A stretch of DNA of 64,000 nt from assembly GCA_015064285.1 (NCBI GenBank), contig SVSN01000003.1, positions 28,629 to 92,628 of the forward strand. Reading direction: 5' to 3'. A program made the translations under genes and the position numbers. Within the stretch, counting starts at the first letter, position 1. Each line of letters opens with the position of its first letter. The DNA comes from Oscillospiraceae bacterium. GTDB taxonomy: Bacteria; Bacillota; Clostridia; Oscillospirales; CAG-272. The notes beneath the pieces were generated by a model, which was not told the DNA's origin, made no database searches, and saw only the letters and a program-made list of their open reading frames with translations. Positions 38,752 through 49,388 of the stretch are shown piece after piece.

Positions 38752-40218
38752 ATGAACAAGCGCATCCTTCTGACCCTGCTGACAGCAGGACTGCTTCTTA
38801 CTTCCTGCGGAAATGCGGCCACCGTTACCGAAACAACAGACGAAACCGGCGACACAACTGTGGAACCCCCTGCGGAAACCGTTGACCCTATCGCTGAAGC
38901 CAAGAATGACTACTATTCTTCTATTGGTACTGTCTCTGCCCCCGGTGTGGAAATCATGTTCCTGTCGGAAACCGATGATGTAGCAGTGGAAGAAGAAACC
39001 GGCGAAAAGTTCAACGATGCTGTCTGGTACCGCAACATCGAAGTGGAAGACCGGCTGAACGTGAAAATTTCCCACGAAGCCCGCGACAACGACGGCTCTA
39101 CTGCCAAGACCCTGACCAATAATGTTCTGGCAGGCGACGGCACTTATGACGCTGCCACCGTATGGACCCATTATGCGGCTTCCATGATCGCTTCCAACAC
39201 CCTGCTGGATCTGAACACCATCCCCCATCTGCAGATGGACCAGAAATGGTGGAATCAGGTTGCCAACAAAAACATGAGCCTTGCCGGAAAGCAGTATGTT
39301 GCTCTGTCCTCCCTGAACCATTACGCCGACTCCGTTGCCGAAATGGTGATGATGAACAAGGATATGTGCATCAACTACAACATGGATATTCCCTATGATG
39401 CCGTCAAGGAAGGCAAGTGGACTTACGACATGATGTGGACCATGATGAATACCCTGCCCCAGGACTCCAACGGTGACGGGAACATGGACACCAGCGACAT
39501 CATCGGTCTCGTAACCCAGATGGCGGACATCGACGCTTCCATGGTATCCTGCGGGGTGGATTTCTTTGCCAAGAACGACAAGGACATTCCCGAATTCATT
39601 CTGAACAGTGAAATCAATGTAGACAAGTTCAACACCATCTTCAACATCTACAATGACAAGACCCGTACCGTTACCGTGCAGAAGGATATCAAAGAAGATC
39701 CCTGGCATTACTGGGAATTTAAGTTCAAGGAAGGCGAAGCTCTGTTCCTGATGAACTTCCCCTGCAACCTGTATGCGTTCGTGGAAATGGAACAGGATTT
39801 CAGCATTCTGCCCATGCCCAAGTATAACGAAGCCCAGGAAACCTACCGCACCATGACTTCTGTATGGTACACCAGTTGTATCGTAACCCCTAAGGTATTT
39901 GATGCAGATCCCGGTGATATCGGTCTGGTCATTGACGCCCTTTCCTTCCTGTCTTACGTGGATGTGGAACCCACCTTCGTAGCCGCTTATCTGGAACAGC
40001 GCTGGATCCGTGACCCCGAATCCGCCGAAATGATGACCATCGCTCTGGAAAACAAGTATTACGATCCCGGTTTCCTGATGAACTTCCAGTGGGGCACTGC
40101 CATCGGTATTCCTTCCAGTCTGGTTACTGCCGGTAAAGACAACTTTGTTTCCACCGTTGTCAGCAAGGCTGCTACCATTGAAAAGGCCATCGAAAAAACC
40201 ATCACCAACATAGAATAA
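38752..40218 (+). CDS. Extracellular solute-binding-type lipoprotein (paralog 3)
   Basis: The lipobox is LLLTSC, followed by a T/E-rich linker with PPAETVDP. It has the same architecture as paralogs 1 and 2 (NDAVWYRN, QKWWNQ, DSNGDGNMDTSD). Confidence 0.65.
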   Translation: MNKRILLTLLTAGLLLTSCGNAATVTETTDETGDTTVEPPAETVDPIAEAKNDYYSSIGTVSAPGVEIMFLSETDDVAVEEETGEKFNDAVWYRNIEVEDRLNVKISHEARDNDGSTAKTLTNNVLAGDGTYDAATVWTHYAASMIASNTLLDLNTIPHLQMDQKWWNQVANKNMSLAGKQYVALSSLNHYADSVAEMVMMNKDMCINYNMDIPYDAVKEGKWTYDMMWTMMNTLPQDSNGDGNMDTSDIIGLVTQMADIDASMVSCGVDFFAKNDKDIPEFILNSEINVDKFNTIFNIYNDKTRTVTVQKDIKEDPWHYWEFKFKEGEALFLMNFPCNLYAFVEMEQDFSILPMPKYNEAQETYRTMTSVWYTSCIVTPKVFDADPGDIGLVIDALSFLSYVDVEPTFVAAYLEQRWIRDPESAEMMTIALENKYYDPGFLMNFQWGTAIGIPSSLVTAGKDNFVSTVVSKAATIEKAIEKTITNIE

Positions 40219-40236
40219 TCCGCAACTGAGGTGAAC

Positions 40237-42513
40237 ATGAAGAATTACATTCTCCACCTGAACAAACCTGCCGGCCGCTGGGACGATGGTACCCCTCTGG
40301 GAAACGGCAGCCAGGGCATGATGCTGTGGGGCGCTCCCGCCGCTGAACAGATCACCCTGAACGAAGAAACCATCTGGTCCGGCGGTCCCATGAACACCCG
40401 TCAGGACGATTACCGCGCCATGATCGACCACACCAGGAAACTGTATCTGGAAGGCCGGGAATGGGAAATCGATCCCTATATCGACTCCCTTGGCAGCGAT
40501 CTGTTCTACCGGATCAAATCCTACGAATACGCGGGGAATCTCTGGGCATACATGGACGGCTTGGATGCTGCGCAAATCACCGACTATCACCGTGATCTGG
40601 ATCTGACAGACGGAAAAGCGGTTATCTCCTTCCGCAAAGATGGGGTTCTGTATACCCGTGAAGCCTTTTCCTCTCATGTATCCGGCCTGCAGTGTGTACG
40701 GTTCACCGCTGATGAACCCTTTGCGCTTCGGCTGGAATTCACCAGAGAATGCACGGACGTATTGGATTATAAAGAAGGCTGGATCGTAGCCCACTGTCAT
40801 ACTGCGTTCGGCGATAACAAATTCCGCGTCTGTGTCAAAGTGGAAACAAACGGCTCCCAGACTGTCAGCGAAAACGGACTGTGCATTGCCGATGCTGCTG
40901 AAGTGATTCTGTATATCGGGATCTTCACAGGGTTCCGTCATGACTGTCTTGAATCCGCTTCCGCTGCCGGGATGATGAAAGCTGCCAAAGGCTGGGATGC
41001 CCTGCTTGCGGAACACACTGATGATTTTTCTGCAATCATGGGTCGGTCTGATATTGACTTTACACCTTCCGCCGGGACAGACCTGAGCAGCTGCAGTGCT
41101 GCCGATCGTCTTCAGGCACTGAAAGATGACGAAAATGCAGAAGACCCGCAGCTTATCTCCCTTTACTACCAGTTCGGCAAATATCTGCTGGTTGCCTCCA
41201 GCCGTGAAGATACTCTGCCCGCCAATCTGCAGGGCGTCTGGTCCGAAGGGATGAATTCCCCCTGGAATGCCGACTACCACACCAACATCAACCTGCAGAT
41301 GAACTACTGGCACGCGGAAGAAGCAGGGCTTGGAGAATCCGTGCAGGCTCTGTTCACCTATATGAATGACTATCTCCTGCCCGGCGGCAAGCGTGTGGCG
41401 GCAGAAAATTACCACGCCCGCGGTATGGTTGTCCATCATGTCAGCGATATTTACGGTTTTGCGGCAGCAGCGGACGGCCCCTGGGGTATGTGGCCTATGG
41501 GCGGTGCCTGGCTGGCCTTCCATATGTGGGAACACTATCTCTATACCGGCGACAAAGAGTATCTGAAGAATACGGCATACGACTATATCCGGGAAAACGC
41601 ACTGTTCTTCATGGACATGCTCTTTGAAGACGGCAAGGGCGGCCTGCTTTCCGGTCCTTCCACTTCTCCCGAAAACCGCTTCTTTGTGACTGACGATGCA
41701 GGGGAAACCAAATCTGCGTACATCACTATGTCTCCTTCCATGGACACGGAAATCATCGGAGGACTGCTGCGGTTCTACAAGGAAACGGAAGAGATCCTGG
41801 GACTCCATCCGGAAGACGGTATCCTGGCCGGCGAAATGGCAGACAGACTCCCACCGCTGACCGTCGGCAAGCACGGTCAGCTGATGGAATGGGCCAGGGA
41901 CTACGACGAACCGGAACCGGGTCACAGACATGTTTCCCATGCTTTCGGTTTGTATCCTGCTGCCCAGATCACCCGTGCTACGCCCGAGCTGTTCAAGGCC
42001 ATTCGTGTTACCATGGACAGACGATTGGCTTCCGGCGGCGGACATACGGGCTGGAGCCGTGCATGGCTGATCAATATGTTCGCCAGACTGCGGGATGGTG
42101 AACATACATATAAAAACATCCGCGCTCTGTTCACCCAATCCACCCTGCCAAACCTGTTTGACGCCCATCCGCCCTTCCAGATTGACGGCAACTTCGGAGG
42201 TGCTGCCGGGATCGGAGAAATGGTTTTGCAGAGCCACGAAAAGTTCCTCTCTCTGCTACCTGCCCTGCCTGACAAACTGGCAAACGGTTCTTTCTCCGGT
42301 CTGCAGGCCAGAGGCGGATACACTGTGGATGCTTCCTGGACCGGCGGTATGGTCGATACTTTCCGTATCTATTCGGCCGACAACAGCGCTGCAGATGTGG
42401 AGCTTCCCGCAGCCGACGGCACTGTCTATATCTCTGAAGCAGGCACTGCGTATACTGTGAAAAACGGTATGCTACATCTCCCCGGCAATGCACTGCTGAC
42501 TAAGCAGAAATAA
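40237..42513 (+). CDS. Glycoside hydrolase family 95 protein (alpha-L-fucosidase-like), with no signal peptide
   Basis: The N-terminus W..GTPLGNGSQGMMLWGAPAAEQITLNEETIWSGGP is the GH95 N-terminal signature. LQGVWSEGMNSPWNADYHTNINLQMNYW also fits. The product is about 758 aa. Confidence 0.8.
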   Translation: MKNYILHLNKPAGRWDDGTPLGNGSQGMMLWGAPAAEQITLNEETIWSGGPMNTRQDDYRAMIDHTRKLYLEGREWEIDPYIDSLGSDLFYRIKSYEYAGNLWAYMDGLDAAQITDYHRDLDLTDGKAVISFRKDGVLYTREAFSSHVSGLQCVRFTADEPFALRLEFTRECTDVLDYKEGWIVAHCHTAFGDNKFRVCVKVETNGSQTVSENGLCIADAAEVILYIGIFTGFRHDCLESASAAGMMKAAKGWDALLAEHTDDFSAIMGRSDIDFTPSAGTDLSSCSAADRLQALKDDENAEDPQLISLYYQFGKYLLVASSREDTLPANLQGVWSEGMNSPWNADYHTNINLQMNYWHAEEAGLGESVQALFTYMNDYLLPGGKRVAAENYHARGMVVHHVSDIYGFAAAADGPWGMWPMGGAWLAFHMWEHYLYTGDKEYLKNTAYDYIRENALFFMDMLFEDGKGGLLSGPSTSPENRFFVTDDAGETKSAYITMSPSMDTEIIGGLLRFYKETEEILGLHPEDGILAGEMADRLPPLTVGKHGQLMEWARDYDEPEPGHRHVSHAFGLYPAAQITRATPELFKAIRVTMDRRLASGGGHTGWSRAWLINMFARLRDGEHTYKNIRALFTQSTLPNLFDAHPPFQIDGNFGGAAGIGEMVLQSHEKFLSLLPALPDKLANGSFSGLQARGGYTVDASWTGGMVDTFRIYSADNSAADVELPAADGTVYISEAGTAYTVKNGMLHLPGNALLTKQK

Positions 42514-42530
42514 TCGTATTCATACTGCTG

Positions 42531-42565
42531 AAAGGATCTGTTCCCTGTGACAGGTCCTTTTTATT
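42531..42565 (+). terminator. Intrinsic terminator after the GH95 gene
   Basis: aaaggatctgt (42531-42541) pairs with acaggtccttt (42550-42560), one G-U pair, followed by ttatt. Confidence 0.7.
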
Positions 42566-42685
42566 GCGTTACATATGTCATTTTGCCTCAATTTCTATTG
42601 ACTTTCCACATCAAACGCTGTATAATATGACTGAAACCATCCGGAGTATATGCTTATTTTTCAATTATCAACAGAGAGGTTTACC

Positions 42686-44185
42686 ATGAAAAAGAGAGTT
42701 CTTACACTGTTATTGGCAGCGTTCCTGCTTGTCCCTTCCATGATGGCCTGTGGGAATACTGCCTCTGCCCCCGACGAATCTGCAGCAGATACAGCAGCCG
42801 ATACCGCTCCTGCTGAAACCGAAGCGCTTTCCGATTACGATAAACGCCAGCTGGTTTCCGACGATCTGCCTGAGAGTGATTTCGGCGGACAGGCTTTCCG
42901 GGTACTGGTCAATGCTCCTACCGTGGAACAATACAGCGCCGTCACTTTTGAAATCATCGCAGATGAACTGACCGGGGACGCCTGCAACGATGCTGTGTAC
43001 AACCGTAACATTGACATTTGCGAACGGTTCAACGCCGCCATCACCATGAGCGAACTGAAAGAGCCCTGGATCGTCTGTAAGAACGCAGTAACCGCAGGGA
43101 CCGACGATTACGATCTGGTGGGTCTGTACAACTATATGTCCTACCAGGTGATCAATGCAAAGGCTCTGCTGAACTGGATGGAGATTCCCCACATCAACAT
43201 GGAAAAACCCTGGCACAACGCTCTTTCCAACAACAACGCCACCATCAACAACACACTGTACACCATCTGCTCTGACCTGTCCATCACTTCCATGACCTAT
43301 ACCTATGCCATCTTCTTCAATCAGCGGATTCTGGGGGATCAGGGGTACTCTGCGGAAGATATGTACAACATGGTTCGCGACGGTACCTGGACCATTGACA
43401 AGATGGACACTATGGTGGCAAGCATGTATGTGGACACCAACGGGGACGGTAAAGCAACCACCGAAGACAGTTACGGTTTCGGTTATAACCAGGTAAACCC
43501 CACCGATGTCTGGGCTGCCGCATTTGACCTGCCGCTGTGTTCTGTAACCGAAGATAATCAGATTGAAGTCAACTTCATGTCCGACAAGACCATGTCCATT
43601 CTGGAAAAGCTGATTTCTTTCCATTACGAAAACCCCGGTCAGGTTGTGCTGCCCACCCAGTATGATGAAGAAACCTATTTTCTGAATGCGCAGCTTGCTA
43701 TGGCTCCCATCCGTTTCCACGCCGCGTACAGCAAACTGCGGGATATGGATGACCCGTATTCCATGCTGCCCTGGCCCAAGTGGGATGAGAAACAGGAAGC
43801 CTACTACACCAACGCCGACGACAAGTTCACTGCGTTCGGTGTGCCGATCACCGCTTTCGGACAGATCGAATTTGTCGGTACCATTTTTGAAGCTCTCTGT
43901 GCGGAAAGCTACAAGAAAGTATATCCGGCATATTACGATATCGCTCTGAAAGGCAAGTATTCCACCGACTCCGGTACTGCTGAAATGGTGGATCTGATCA
44001 TGGCCGGACGTAACTTTGACTTCTCCTTCCAGTTCGGTGAATCTCACTTCCAGCGTCTGCCTTATCTGATCCGTGACCTGATTGTTGCCAAGAGCACCAA
44101 TCTGGCTTCCAAATGGGATTCCATCGAAAAGAAGATGTGGACTGCCATTGAAAAAGATCTGCTGCCGCTGTATGGTGTGGAATAA
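42686..44185 (+). CDS. Extracellular solute-binding-type lipoprotein (paralog 4)
   Basis: The lipobox is SMMAC, followed by a linker with APAETE. NDAVYNRN, KPWHN, DTNGDGKATTEDSYGF and KLRDMDDPYSMLPWPKWDE parallel the other paralogs. Confidence 0.65.
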   Translation: MKKRVLTLLLAAFLLVPSMMACGNTASAPDESAADTAADTAPAETEALSDYDKRQLVSDDLPESDFGGQAFRVLVNAPTVEQYSAVTFEIIADELTGDACNDAVYNRNIDICERFNAAITMSELKEPWIVCKNAVTAGTDDYDLVGLYNYMSYQVINAKALLNWMEIPHINMEKPWHNALSNNNATINNTLYTICSDLSITSMTYTYAIFFNQRILGDQGYSAEDMYNMVRDGTWTIDKMDTMVASMYVDTNGDGKATTEDSYGFGYNQVNPTDVWAAAFDLPLCSVTEDNQIEVNFMSDKTMSILEKLISFHYENPGQVVLPTQYDEETYFLNAQLAMAPIRFHAAYSKLRDMDDPYSMLPWPKWDEKQEAYYTNADDKFTAFGVPITAFGQIEFVGTIFEALCAESYKKVYPAYYDIALKGKYSTDSGTAEMVDLIMAGRNFDFSFQFGESHFQRLPYLIRDLIVAKSTNLASKWDSIEKKMWTAIEKDLLPLYGVE

Positions 44186-44205
44186 TCTCATAAATTTAAC
44201 CAAAA

Positions 44206-44236
44206 GACCGGAGTCTATGGGGCTCCGGTTTTCTGT
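44206..44236 (+). terminator. Intrinsic terminator after SBP paralog 4
   Basis: gaccggag (44206-44213) pairs with ctccggtt (44223-44230), followed by ttctgttt. Confidence 0.65.
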
Positions 44237-44245
44237 TTGGACATA

Positions 44246-44274
44246 TTGATTTCCCGGTTGTTTCATGGTATACT
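44246..44274 (+). promoter_or_regulatory. Sigma-70-type promoter for the ACT/UPF0210 gene pair
   Basis: TTGATT (44246-44251), 17-nt spacer, TATACT (44269-44274). Confidence 0.5.
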
Positions 44275-44318
44275 GTATGTATACGTTATGAATACATATA
44301 CACAGGAGTAATAAAGAC

Positions 44319-44588
44319 ATGAAAGCTATTGTTACCGTTGTAGGGTACGACACCGTCGGCATTCTGGCAAAAGTCAGTGCGGTATGCGCCGCCAACAATG
44401 CCAATATTATTGATGTGACCCAGTCTGTTCTGAAGGAAATGTTTACCATGGTTATGCTTATTGACATTTCCGAGCTGACGGACGACTTTGCCTCTCTGCA
44501 GCAGGCCCTCTTCACACTGGGCGACCAGATCGGTATGAAGATCCATGTGATGCACGAGGATATCTTCAACTCCATGCACCATATCTGA
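44319..44588 (+). CDS. ACT domain protein (UPF0237 family)
   Basis: MKAIVTVVGYDTVGILAKVSAVCAANNANIIDVTQSVL is the typical UPF0237 ACT start. It is paired with UPF0210, as in other Firmicutes. Confidence 0.8.
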   Translation: MKAIVTVVGYDTVGILAKVSAVCAANNANIIDVTQSVLKEMFTMVMLIDISELTDDFASLQQALFTLGDQIGMKIHVMHEDIFNSMHHI

Positions 44589-44624
44589 GCACGGACATTA
44601 TACGGAACAAAAGGTACATAGAAT

Positions 44625-45983
44625 ATGATCAACACAAAAGATATACTTGAAACAATCCGGATGATCGAAGATGAAAATCTGGACATCCGTACCATCACCA
44701 TGGGGCTTTCCCTTCTGGACTGTGCAGATGCGGATATTGACGTTTCCTGCCGCAAGATCTACGAAAAAATGACCCGTCAGGCAGAACGTCTGGTCCCTGT
44801 AGGGGAAGAAATTGAAAGAACATACGGGATTCCGATCATCAACAAACGGATATCCGTAACACCCATCGCACTTCTTACCGCAGTTTCCGGCGGTGATCCG
44901 GTTAAATATGCCAAGACCCTGGAAAAGGTTTCCCGGACGGTCGGTGTAAACTTTATCGGCGGTTTCAGTGCTCTGGTTCACAAGGGATTTGCCGCCGGTG
45001 ACCGGGAACTGATAGAAGCTATTCCGGAAGCGCTTGCTGTGACAGATCACGTATGCTCCTCCGTCAATGTCGGTTCCACCAAAGCCGGGATCAACATGGA
45101 CGCTGTCAAGCTGATGGGAGAAGCGGTAAAAAAAGCTGCTGAACTGACCAAAGACCGGAACTGTATCGGCCCTGCCAAACTGGTAGTATTCTGCAATGCA
45201 CCGGAAGACAACCCTTTTATGGCAGGTGCATTCCACGGTATCGGTGAGCCGGACTGTGTGATTCATGTAGGTGTATCCGGTCCCGGTGTGGTTCGTTCCG
45301 CACTGACCAAGTACCCGGATGCCAACCTTTCCGAAATTGCCGATGTGATCAAGAAGACCGCTTTCAAGATCACTCGTATGGGACAGCTTGTGGGTGCGGT
45401 AGCTTCCGAAAAGCTGGGTGTTCCCTTCGGCATTGTAGACCTTTCCCTGGCCCCCACACCGGCCGTAGGCGACTCTGTTGCACACATTCTGGAAGAAATG
45501 GGTCTGGAAATCTGCGGTACCCACGGAACCACGGCGGCGCTGGCTCTTCTGAACGATGCTGTCAAGAAAGGCGGCGTTATGGCTTCTTCTCACGTGGGCG
45601 GCCTTTCCGGAGCTTTTATACCTGTCTCTGAAGACGCAGGTATGATCCACGCAGCACGGACCGGGGATCTGACCATTGAAAAACTGGAAGCCATGACAGC
45701 GGTCTGCTCCGTTGGTCTGGATATGATCATCATTCCCGGCGAAACTTCCCCTGCCACGATCTCTGCCATTATTGCGGATGAAGCGGCTATCGGTATGGTC
45801 AACAGCAAGACCACTGCTGTCCGTGTGATTCCGGCTATCGGCAAACAGATCGGTGAAGAACTGGAATTCGGCGGACTCCTTGGCAGCGGGCCTATCATGC
45901 ATCTTCATAACGATAAATCCAGCCAGAAATTCATTGACCGCGGCGGACGGATTCCCGCTCCCATGCAGTCGCTTAAAAACTGA
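44625..45983 (+). CDS. UPF0210 (DUF711, PFL-like) family protein
   Basis: [27 protein letters not shown] is the conserved UPF0210 N-terminus. The product is 452 aa. Confidence 0.8.
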   Translation: MINTKDILETIRMIEDENLDIRTITMGLSLLDCADADIDVSCRKIYEKMTRQAERLVPVGEEIERTYGIPIINKRISVTPIALLTAVSGGDPVKYAKTLEKVSRTVGVNFIGGFSALVHKGFAAGDRELIEAIPEALAVTDHVCSSVNVGSTKAGINMDAVKLMGEAVKKAAELTKDRNCIGPAKLVVFCNAPEDNPFMAGAFHGIGEPDCVIHVGVSGPGVVRSALTKYPDANLSEIADVIKKTAFKITRMGQLVGAVASEKLGVPFGIVDLSLAPTPAVGDSVAHILEEMGLEICGTHGTTAALALLNDAVKKGGVMASSHVGGLSGAFIPVSEDAGMIHAARTGDLTIEKLEAMTAVCSVGLDMIIIPGETSPATISAIIADEAAIGMVNSKTTAVRVIPAIGKQIGEELEFGGLLGSGPIMHLHNDKSSQKFIDRGGRIPAPMQSLKN

Positions 45984-45996
45984 TATTCCATTCATG

Positions 45997-46040
45997 AAAA
46001 ATACCCGGCAACCATTGGCTGTCGGGTATTTTATGTTTTT
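45997..46040. terminator. Bidirectional terminator between convergent genes
   Basis: atacccggca (46001-46010) pairs with tgtcgggtat (46020-46029), flanked by AAAA and TTTT. Confidence 0.7.
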
Positions 46041-46044
46041 ATGC

Positions 46045-47106
46045 TTATTTGTCACCGGCAATGTATCTCTGATACCGCTTTTCCAGTTCTTCCATGGACA
46101 TTTCGTCCCGGCGCAGGAGAATACGGAACCGATATGTCAGTGTTGCCCCTTCTTCGATAGTCAGACCACCCTTGAAATGAAGGTTATTGGCAGCAAACAG
46201 ACCGTAGTCACGGACATGCCAAGTGGTAGGATACCGTTCATTCTCAATATGATCGTAGGCAGTGATACCGAAATAGCCAGCATCGATAGTACCGGCATAA
46301 TCGCACCATTCGGCTTCCTTGCTCCAGCATTCGCTTTCTCCGTGACCGCCGCGGGAGTTGGTGATCACGCCGCTGCCTTTGTCCGCACGCAGTTCATCAC
46401 GCATCCGGATTCCCAGAGGGCCGGCTTCTTTGGTAGGACCGAATTCCACTTTACCGCAGTCCGCCGTAAATGTAATTTCCATATCCAGCATCCGGCAGCT
46501 CTGAGACTGATTGTACATAGTATACCGGGTTGTTTCGTGCAGCAGGGGCTTTTCATCATGATCTGTCCACAGATTGGTTACTGTGAAAGAAGCCAGCGCC
46601 GCACCGCTGATCACGTTCTCGATCTTTTCTGTCCGGATGATGCCGCAGTCTGCCGGTTCGTTCCACAGATCCACACCATTGACATCGCCAACCGCCACGA
46701 AGATGGAGCGATGGTGGGGATGTTCCTTGGCTGTGAAATCCAGACGGGTGAACATATTGCCTTCGTCATCGGTCAGGGGGCCAAAATAGGGTTTATACAG
46801 GGCGGTATCCCAGCAGTAGCCGGCTACAGCCTTACCGCCGACAGCGATCGTCAGACGGCTTTCCGCTTCTTCCACCTGACAGGTGATGCTGTTCATGTTG
46901 CCGTATACCGGCGCCAGAGACAGTTCTTCTCCCTCTGCGGCTGTGATGATAACACAAACGGTGCCGCAGGGCAGGATCTGTGCAGGAAAATACCGTCCGT
47001 CTGTCGTGGAAAAACCGCAAAACGGCTTGTCCCCTGCCGGAATTTCAGCCTGCAGAAAAACAGGTTCTTCCTGCAGTGCTGTGAGTGCTTTGTATTGTAC
47101 AGTCAT
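46045..47106 (-). CDS. PmoA-like / DUF6807 family protein
   Basis: The family call is from memory of WHVRDYGLFAANN-type motifs and the frequent pairing with sugar-phosphate isomerase/epimerase genes. It was not verified. Confidence 0.5.
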   Translation of the reverse strand: MTVQYKALTALQEEPVFLQAEIPAGDKPFCGFSTTDGRYFPAQILPCGTVCVIITAAEGEELSLAPVYGNMNSITCQVEEAESRLTIAVGGKAVAGYCWDTALYKPYFGPLTDDEGNMFTRLDFTAKEHPHHRSIFVAVGDVNGVDLWNEPADCGIIRTEKIENVISGAALASFTVTNLWTDHDEKPLLHETTRYTMYNQSQSCRMLDMEITFTADCGKVEFGPTKEAGPLGIRMRDELRADKGSGVITNSRGGHGESECWSKEAEWCDYAGTIDAGYFGITAYDHIENERYPTTWHVRDYGLFAANNLHFKGGLTIEEGATLTYRFRILLRRDEMSMEELEKRYQRYIAGDK

Positions 47107-47107
47107 A

Positions 47108-47959
47108 TCAGTTCTCCTCTCTTGGAAACAGCTTACGCATATATGTCAGAACTTCCGGTACGTTTTTCTTGAAGTCCGGGAACGAACACTCGGCAGATAC
47201 ACCGCCTTCATAACCGGATCTAATCAGCGAAGCCGCAAAACGCTGGTTCAGGGTAATATCGCCGGTGGTAGGCTGACCGGGGCAGGTGCGGTCCGGTGCT
47301 TCCGCCATATGGCAGTGCAGCAGTCTGTCGCCGCAGTTTTCCACCGCTTCCGGGGGAGTTCCTTCTTCCGCCATATGGAAGGCATCCGCCAGCAGACGCA
47401 CGCCGGGACGGTTCAGGAGGCAAACTTCTTTGTCGCTTTCCGGCACGGTGCGGAACACATTGGTTTCTCTGGCCCGCAGAGGCTCGATCACAAGAGTAAC
47501 CCCTTTTTCTTCGCCGTAATCCGCAAAATAGTTCATGACACGACGCAGGTTGGCAAGACCTTCTTCCCTTTCCATACCTTCCGGAATGGATCGGGCGGCG
47601 CCGCTTCCGAATACAGCATATCGGATACCGAACCGGGACAGAACATCGATCAGGCGCTTTATGTACGCAGCAACAGCGTCCCAGTTTTCCCCGGGAGCCG
47701 CCAGTTTATAATTGGGAGAAAAGATACTGTTGACAGCGCGCAGACCCAGAGATGATTTCCGGTTTTCCGCTTCCAGCCAGTCCAGTTCTTCATCCGACAT
47801 GCCGGCCAGCATCAGCCCGCCGCATTCGGTAAAATCAAAGCCGCATTCCAGAACATAACGACATTTCGCCGCCAGCTGTTCCGCCGCAGACTGGGGCACT
47901 TCCGCAACCCCTTCCGGCATGAAAGACCCGCCGGGGATACAGCAGCCGAGTTTAATCAT
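47108..47959 (-). CDS. Sugar phosphate isomerase/epimerase (xylose isomerase-like TIM barrel)
   Basis: The family pattern is recognised by eye only: a 283-aa protein with MIKLGCC..., VTLVIEPL (E in a beta-strand), DAFHMAEE and HCHMAE, which are metal-ligand-like H/E residues. Confidence 0.65.
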   Translation of the reverse strand: MIKLGCCIPGGSFMPEGVAEVPQSAAEQLAAKCRYVLECGFDFTECGGLMLAGMSDEELDWLEAENRKSSLGLRAVNSIFSPNYKLAAPGENWDAVAAYIKRLIDVLSRFGIRYAVFGSGAARSIPEGMEREEGLANLRRVMNYFADYGEEKGVTLVIEPLRARETNVFRTVPESDKEVCLLNRPGVRLLADAFHMAEEGTPPEAVENCGDRLLHCHMAEAPDRTCPGQPTTGDITLNQRFAASLIRSGYEGGVSAECSFPDFKKNVPEVLTYMRKLFPREEN

Positions 47960-47977
47960 ATTGTTTTCCTCGCTTTC

Positions 47978-48670
47978 TCAGATGTAGGATCGATCCATCC
48001 CCACGGCCTTCAGAAATTCTCTGGCGATGATGGCACTGCCGATGGGGCCGGGATGCACTCTGTCCCAGGCAACACAGGAGGAATGACGATATACCAGATA
48101 CTCGTCAAAGGCCTGCTGTGTATTGACAAACACAGTATTGTATTTCTTGGCAACCTCTGCACAGATTCCCACATATTCATCAATGGCTGCACGCATACTG
48201 TCTTCCCTGTTGGACTCAATGTAGTACGGAGAAAGCAGAACCATTCCCTTTACCACAGGAAGAGTGCGTTCCATCATTTCGCAGAGATTCTGTTTGTATT
48301 CCGCTGCGAATACCTGTCTGGTAAGGATAGCCGGTGTAAAGAACCGCTGCCAGCAGTCATTCACGCCGATCATGACACTTACCCAGTCGGGCTTCAGATT
48401 CATAACATCGTTCTGCCATCGGTTCAGAAGATCTCTGCTGTTGTCTCCGCTGCAGCCGGTGTTGGAGATCCAATAGAGTCTGTCGGGATAGACTACATTC
48501 AGGATGTTTTCGATCTGGCGCACGTAGCCGTTTCCAACACCCTCCCACAGGCCTTCCCCGATGGGCCGTTTCCGTTCTGCATCTGTGACAGAATCCCCGG
48601 TAAAAACGATTCTGTCTCCGTTTTCAAAAAGCATAAGCGCCTCCCTGGATGGATCTGCCGCGTACAGCAT
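47978..48670 (-). CDS. SGNH/GDSL-family hydrolase
   Basis: Block I is IVFTGDSVTD, and the C-terminal WDRVHP is the DxxH block. Confidence 0.75.
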   Translation of the reverse strand: MLYAADPSREALMLFENGDRIVFTGDSVTDAERKRPIGEGLWEGVGNGYVRQIENILNVVYPDRLYWISNTGCSGDNSRDLLNRWQNDVMNLKPDWVSVMIGVNDCWQRFFTPAILTRQVFAAEYKQNLCEMMERTLPVVKGMVLLSPYYIESNREDSMRAAIDEYVGICAEVAKKYNTVFVNTQQAFDEYLVYRHSSCVAWDRVHPGPIGSAIIAREFLKAVGMDRSYI

Positions 48671-49013
48671 GATAAATCCATTTTTTGTTGTCTATATTAT
48701 ACCATAACCATCCGTAAAAACAATAGGAATTGTAAAATCCACGAGTTTTTTTTCATGTTTGTTTTTTCGCAGGACCACGCTTTTGCCCGCCTATATTAGT
48801 TTTGTTTCATTACATTTCAATTCTGTGTTAATTCATTCCACTATATGAAGTGTTTACATGCAATCACAACACTATATGTATTCAATCCGAAAAAAACGGC
48901 CAACCGATAGATTTCAGCACCGATTTCATGCAGCATACAGAATGACATGATATACTGCATCCATACAGAATTACCAGTTATTCCCATATATCTGACATAC
49001 GAGGATTCACATT

Positions 49014-49304
49014 ATGATACAGATACAACTGCAGCAGAAGCTATGTACCCAGACACTTCTTATCCCGGAAGTCGGTATTCTTACCTATATCCTCACTGAA
49101 GACACTCTGCCGGATGGTGTCCGTTATTACTCCGTCACCGTCCAGATCACAGATCCCTGCCGTGAAACCATTGTGCTGGACAAGCGGACAGTACGGGATA
49201 TTACCTGCGACAGGGATCTGGCGTTCTGCCTGTTCTGGAAAATCTGTCGCGGAAAAGTAACCCCTTGTACCCTTTTGGAAGTTCTGTCTGACCTGCTTCC
49301 ATAA
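49014..49304 (+). CDS. Hypothetical small protein upstream of comEC
   Basis: This is a 96-aa ORF with GAGGA upstream. No family was recognised. Confidence 0.4.
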   Translation: MIQIQLQQKLCTQTLLIPEVGILTYILTEDTLPDGVRYYSVTVQITDPCRETIVLDKRTVRDITCDRDLAFCLFWKICRGKVTPCTLLEVLSDLLP

Positions 49305-49388
49305 CCATGCGGAAAGCCACCCTTCTGTCTTGACAAATCTTTGGTTCCATGTTACACTTATAGGGATCTTACAGGCAGGAGGAAAAAC

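Noticed and set aside
38728-42237. A 1169-aa ORF on the minus strand spanning SBP paralog 3 and the GH95 gene.
   Set aside because: The translation is low-complexity (G/V/H/F/Q-rich) with no recognisable motif, whereas the plus strand encodes two clearly recognisable proteins with RBS and lipobox. Long stop-free antisense frames arise when the sense codons avoid TTA/CTA/TCA in phase. This is a codon-bias artefact.
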